Below are positions 60,952 to 64,000 of a DNA stretch of 64,000 nt, in pieces. Numbering within the stretch: the first letter of the stretch is position 1; each line of letters starts with the position of its first letter. Origin of the DNA: Nitrospirota bacterium (GTDB lineage: Bacteria; Nitrospirota; UBA9217); contig CAVVOB010000012.1 of assembly GCA_963749655.1 (NCBI GenBank), positions 160,001 to 224,000 of the forward strand. Reading direction: 5' to 3'. Position numbers and translations under genes: made by a program. The notes under the pieces are model-generated. The model saw only the letters and a list, made by a program, of their open reading frames with translations, was not told where the DNA came from and did not search any database.

Positions 60952-61803
60952 ATGAACAGAAAAAAAATATTGCGATCGTTGTTCGGAGTCATTGCTTTCG
61001 GAGCAATTGTTTTGCAATCCGCCGCGCCGATACAGGCCCAGGAGATGCAGCCTCCGCCACCGCCTCCTCCGGGGTACGAGCAGCAGGCTCCACCACCCCT
61101 GCCGCCCCCGCCTCCTCCGCCGTCGCCGTATCAGCGGCAGGTGCTTCCTCCGCAGCTTCAGCTGCAGGCTCCGCCCCCGCCCCGTCCGCCGATCGACACG
61201 ACAGGCAAAATGCGGCTCTCTTTGTCGGCTGCGGTCGGATTCGGCTTTGATCCCGTTGACGTCGGACGAACAAATGACGGAGACAAGGTCACGATCAGCG
61301 GCGGCGGCGGTTTCGGCATCGACCTGGGACTGGGATTTGCCCTTACGCCGATTATCGATCTGGACTTTGATCTCGGTGGTCAGCAATCCACGCTGACGCC
61401 CAGCGTGACGAATGCCGATGGAACATTCGACCGGTCCTTTCTGCTGGCAACGGTCAAGTTCAAAGTTCCGACGTCGGAGACCGGACAATTCAAATGGGGC
61501 TTCGGGCTCGGATCGTACAACAACGGAAAGCTCGACATAGACACCACAGGCGCAATAAACGGAGCACATACGATCGTCAAGTACGACGATGCGCTCGGAG
61601 TTCATCTGACCGGCGAGTTCGAGCGGTTCATCGGTCCCGCGACATCGGTCAATTTCGGGGCCAAGATGTATTTCGTGAAGTACAAGGCAAAGTCGGTGAC
61701 GAATAACGGCGCGACCGTACCGGTCAGCGGCCTGGGCAGCGATGTAAAGGACTTCGACGGCAGCGGCATGGACTTCATGATCGGGATCAACCAGTATTTC
61801 TAG
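60952..61803 (+). CDS. Outer membrane beta-barrel with proline-rich N-terminus
   Basis: AAGGAGGT RBS, signal peptide, poly-Pro tracts, C-terminal QYF. Confidence 0.8.
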   Translation: MNRKKILRSLFGVIAFGAIVLQSAAPIQAQEMQPPPPPPPGYEQQAPPPLPPPPPPPSPYQRQVLPPQLQLQAPPPPRPPIDTTGKMRLSLSAAVGFGFDPVDVGRTNDGDKVTISGGGGFGIDLGLGFALTPIIDLDFDLGGQQSTLTPSVTNADGTFDRSFLLATVKFKVPTSETGQFKWGFGLGSYNNGKLDIDTTGAINGAHTIVKYDDALGVHLTGEFERFIGPATSVNFGAKMYFVKYKAKSVTNNGATVPVSGLGSDVKDFDGSGMDFMIGINQYF

Positions 61804-61966
61804 AACTATGTACAAGATAGCTTGAAACAGGGTGATGTCTGTAATACCCTTCACGCCGGCTCAGAGACAGCGATGCTCTGAGCCGGTTTTTTCTGCGGCA
61901 AGCTTCAACTCCGCACCCGCGGTTTGTAGAGCGAAATCTGTTATAGTAAGAATCAGGAGGGCCTCA

Positions 61967-62830
61967 ATGAATGTCTGGCTGAGACTGGCACTCGCGATAA
62001 CCATTTTTTTCGGCGCAGCGTTCGGCGCAGCGATCTGGGTCGGCACCATACGCTGGAACGGGACGACGCACCGGATGATTGAAGAGATTTCGGGTGCCGG
62101 GCCCCGGGATGGAGCGAAGACAGTTTCCTTTCGGGACCTCGACAAGCTTCCCGCGCCTGTGGTCCGTTACTTCCGCATGACGCTCCGGGACGGACAGCAG
62201 GTCATCCGCTCCGCACGCATCGCGCATCAGGGGGAATTCCTCACCAGCCCCGCAACGAACGGCTGGAGCCCGTTCACGTCCCTACAGAATTTTTCCGCAA
62301 ATCCTCCCGGGTTCGTCTGGGACGCAAGCATTCGCTTTGCCCCGCTGATGGAGGTGCGGGTTCGGGACGCATACCTGGCCGGGAAAGGCGCGATGGAAGC
62401 GAGGACCTTTGCAGTTTTACCCGTCATGGACCAGCGCGACAAGACCGAGCTGGACCAGGGCGCCCTGCAGCGCTATCTCGCGGAAGCTGTTTGGTTCCCG
62501 ACGGCGCTGCTGCCGGAAGCGGGCGTTGTCTGGAGCGCGATCGACAACTCCCGCGCCAGGGCGACGCTCGTCGATTGGGGCGTCAAGGTTACCCTCGATT
62601 TCACCTTCAACGAAAAGGGAGAGATCACGCGCATTTATTCACCAAGCAGATATCGCGAAGCAGGCGGGAAGTACGAGCTCACGCCGTGGGTGGTCAGGGT
62701 CTGGAATTATGAGGAACGGGGGGGCATGCGGATTCCGCTCGAAGGGGAAGTCGCGTGGCAGCTGCCCGGCGGCCTGCAGCCGTACTGGAAGGGCAGGATC
62801 GTGGATGCGCAGTATGATTTCGTGAAGTGA
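61967..62830 (+). CDS. DUF6544/DUF6920-like protein
   Basis: LPAPVVRY, PPGFVWDA, RYLAEAVWFP, PW; AGGAGG RBS. Confidence 0.8.
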   Translation: MNVWLRLALAITIFFGAAFGAAIWVGTIRWNGTTHRMIEEISGAGPRDGAKTVSFRDLDKLPAPVVRYFRMTLRDGQQVIRSARIAHQGEFLTSPATNGWSPFTSLQNFSANPPGFVWDASIRFAPLMEVRVRDAYLAGKGAMEARTFAVLPVMDQRDKTELDQGALQRYLAEAVWFPTALLPEAGVVWSAIDNSRARATLVDWGVKVTLDFTFNEKGEITRIYSPSRYREAGGKYELTPWVVRVWNYEERGGMRIPLEGEVAWQLPGGLQPYWKGRIVDAQYDFVK

Positions 62831-62877
62831 ATATTATGTCCAGCAAAGGCATCACGTATTTTGTGCCCGGTGTTTTA

Positions 62878-62947
62878 CCGTCATGCCGGACTCGATCCGG
62901 CATCCAGATGTTTGATGGAGACTGGATTCCCGCCTTCGCGGGAATGA
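62878..62947. repeat. REP-like palindrome doublet (GTCAT family)
   Basis: CCGTCATGCCGGACTCGATCCGGCATCC ... GGATTCCCGCCTTCGCGGGAATGA. Confidence 0.75.
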
Positions 62948-63102
62948 GGAGCTTAGGGGTAGGATCGTGGTTAAGTCTTGCCTCGACGGCCCGATATCTC
63001 CATATATTGTTTAACTGAGTTATTCCCCGGTTCTCATGTGAAATTTTCTCTCCCTTGCTTTTTCCCCTTTCCTGAATTATCTTTTAAACAGAAGGCAAAA
63101 CA

Positions 63103-64000
63103 ATGTCAGAATCGAACCTTTCATTATTCCATCCCCTCATCAGACAGTGGTTCAGGGAGAAGGTCGGCGCTCCCACCGAGGTCCAGGAGAAGTCCTGGCC
63201 CGCGATTGCCCGGGGCAGCCACGTGCTCGTGACCGCGCCCACGGGCTGCGGCAAGACGCTGGCCGCTTTTCTCTGGGCCGATCAACCAGCTCATTACGGG
63301 AACCTGGACCGACGGCAAAGTCCGCGTCCTCTATATCTCTCCGCTCAAAGCACTGAACAACGACGTGCAGCGAAACCTGCTTGAAGCCGCTTCAGGAGCT
63401 TGCGGGAATCATTTCGCCAGCGCGGGAGAAGCCTTCCCGGAACATCAACGTCATGACCCGGAGCGGGGACACGCCCGGCGAAGAACGCAGAAGAATGGTC
63501 CGCAGGCCGCCGGAGATCCTGATCACCACGCCCGAGTCCCTGAACCTGCTCCTGACCTCCCGGAGCGGGCGCTCGATGCTGACCGGCATTGCGACGGTGA
63601 TCCTCGACGAGATCCATGCAGTCGTCGGAACCAAGCGCGGCACGCACCTGATCACCGCCGTCGACCGGCTCGTTCCTCTTAGCGGCGACTTCCAGCGCAT
63701 CGCGCTTTCCGCAACGGTCAATCCCGTGGAGCGGGTCGCTGAGTTCGTGGGAGGCTTCCGGAAGATCGGGAAGGGCAGGGACAGTCATTTCGAAAAGCGC
63801 CCTGTTTCCGTGATCCAGTCCCGCCAGGCAAAGGCCTACGAGATCGTCGTCTCCTTCCCGCCTGATGCGCGGGAGAAGATGGTGGATGGCTCCTGGTGGC
63901 CTGCGCTCATCGATGCGTTCAAGGAGATCATCAACCAGCACCGCTCGACCCTGTTCTTCGCGAACAGCAGGAGGACCACGGAAAAGGTGACGCGGCTGAT
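63103..64000 (+). CDS. lhr: Lhr-family DEAD/DEAH helicase, 5' part (frameshifted; runs off the window)
   Basis: FHPLIRQWF, APTGCGKTLAAF, YISPLKALNND, RSGDTP, ITTPESL, DEIH, LSAT, FANSRR. Confidence 0.88.

Overview
A GC-rich bacterial chromosomal window. Gene content and repeats suggest an anaerobic Nitrospirota or Desulfobacterota-like organism (inference). No rRNA, tRNA, CRISPR array or classical transposase was recognised. (1) A LytS/LytTR two-component pair lies upstream of an ABC/LolA-like/outer-membrane operon whose promoter carries AlgR-like repeats. Between them is an ArsM-like methyltransferase that appears to read through TWO in-frame UGA codons, each followed by a SECIS-like hairpin. 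(2) A ~15 kb sulfur-relay region (14.9-30 kb) holds three YeeE/YedE genes, two TusA, two divergent DsrE/F/H-like triads and a rhodanese. It also holds a CxxCH beta-propeller, an ABC permease, a GT-C glycosyltransferase, a GGYG-repeat protein, a flavoprotein, a B12 radical SAM enzyme and a leaderless signal-peptide uORF ending in HPP. (3) A sigma54-type DUF2318/ABC operon follows. (4) Next come surface proteins: a CFI-box-CTERM protein with a beta-barrel, and an NHL-FN3-transglutaminase-TPR protein. (5) The rest includes a glycosylation pair, an AmpG-like MFS, and a CbrA/CrbS-like kinase separated from a sigma54 regulator by a GxxExxY gene with 19-bp terminal inverted repeats. It ends with a PTS-EIIA/P-type ATPase fusion and the start of an Lhr helicase. 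About a dozen genes are split by single-base indels, most likely assembly errors. Family names come from motif recognition, not database searches.
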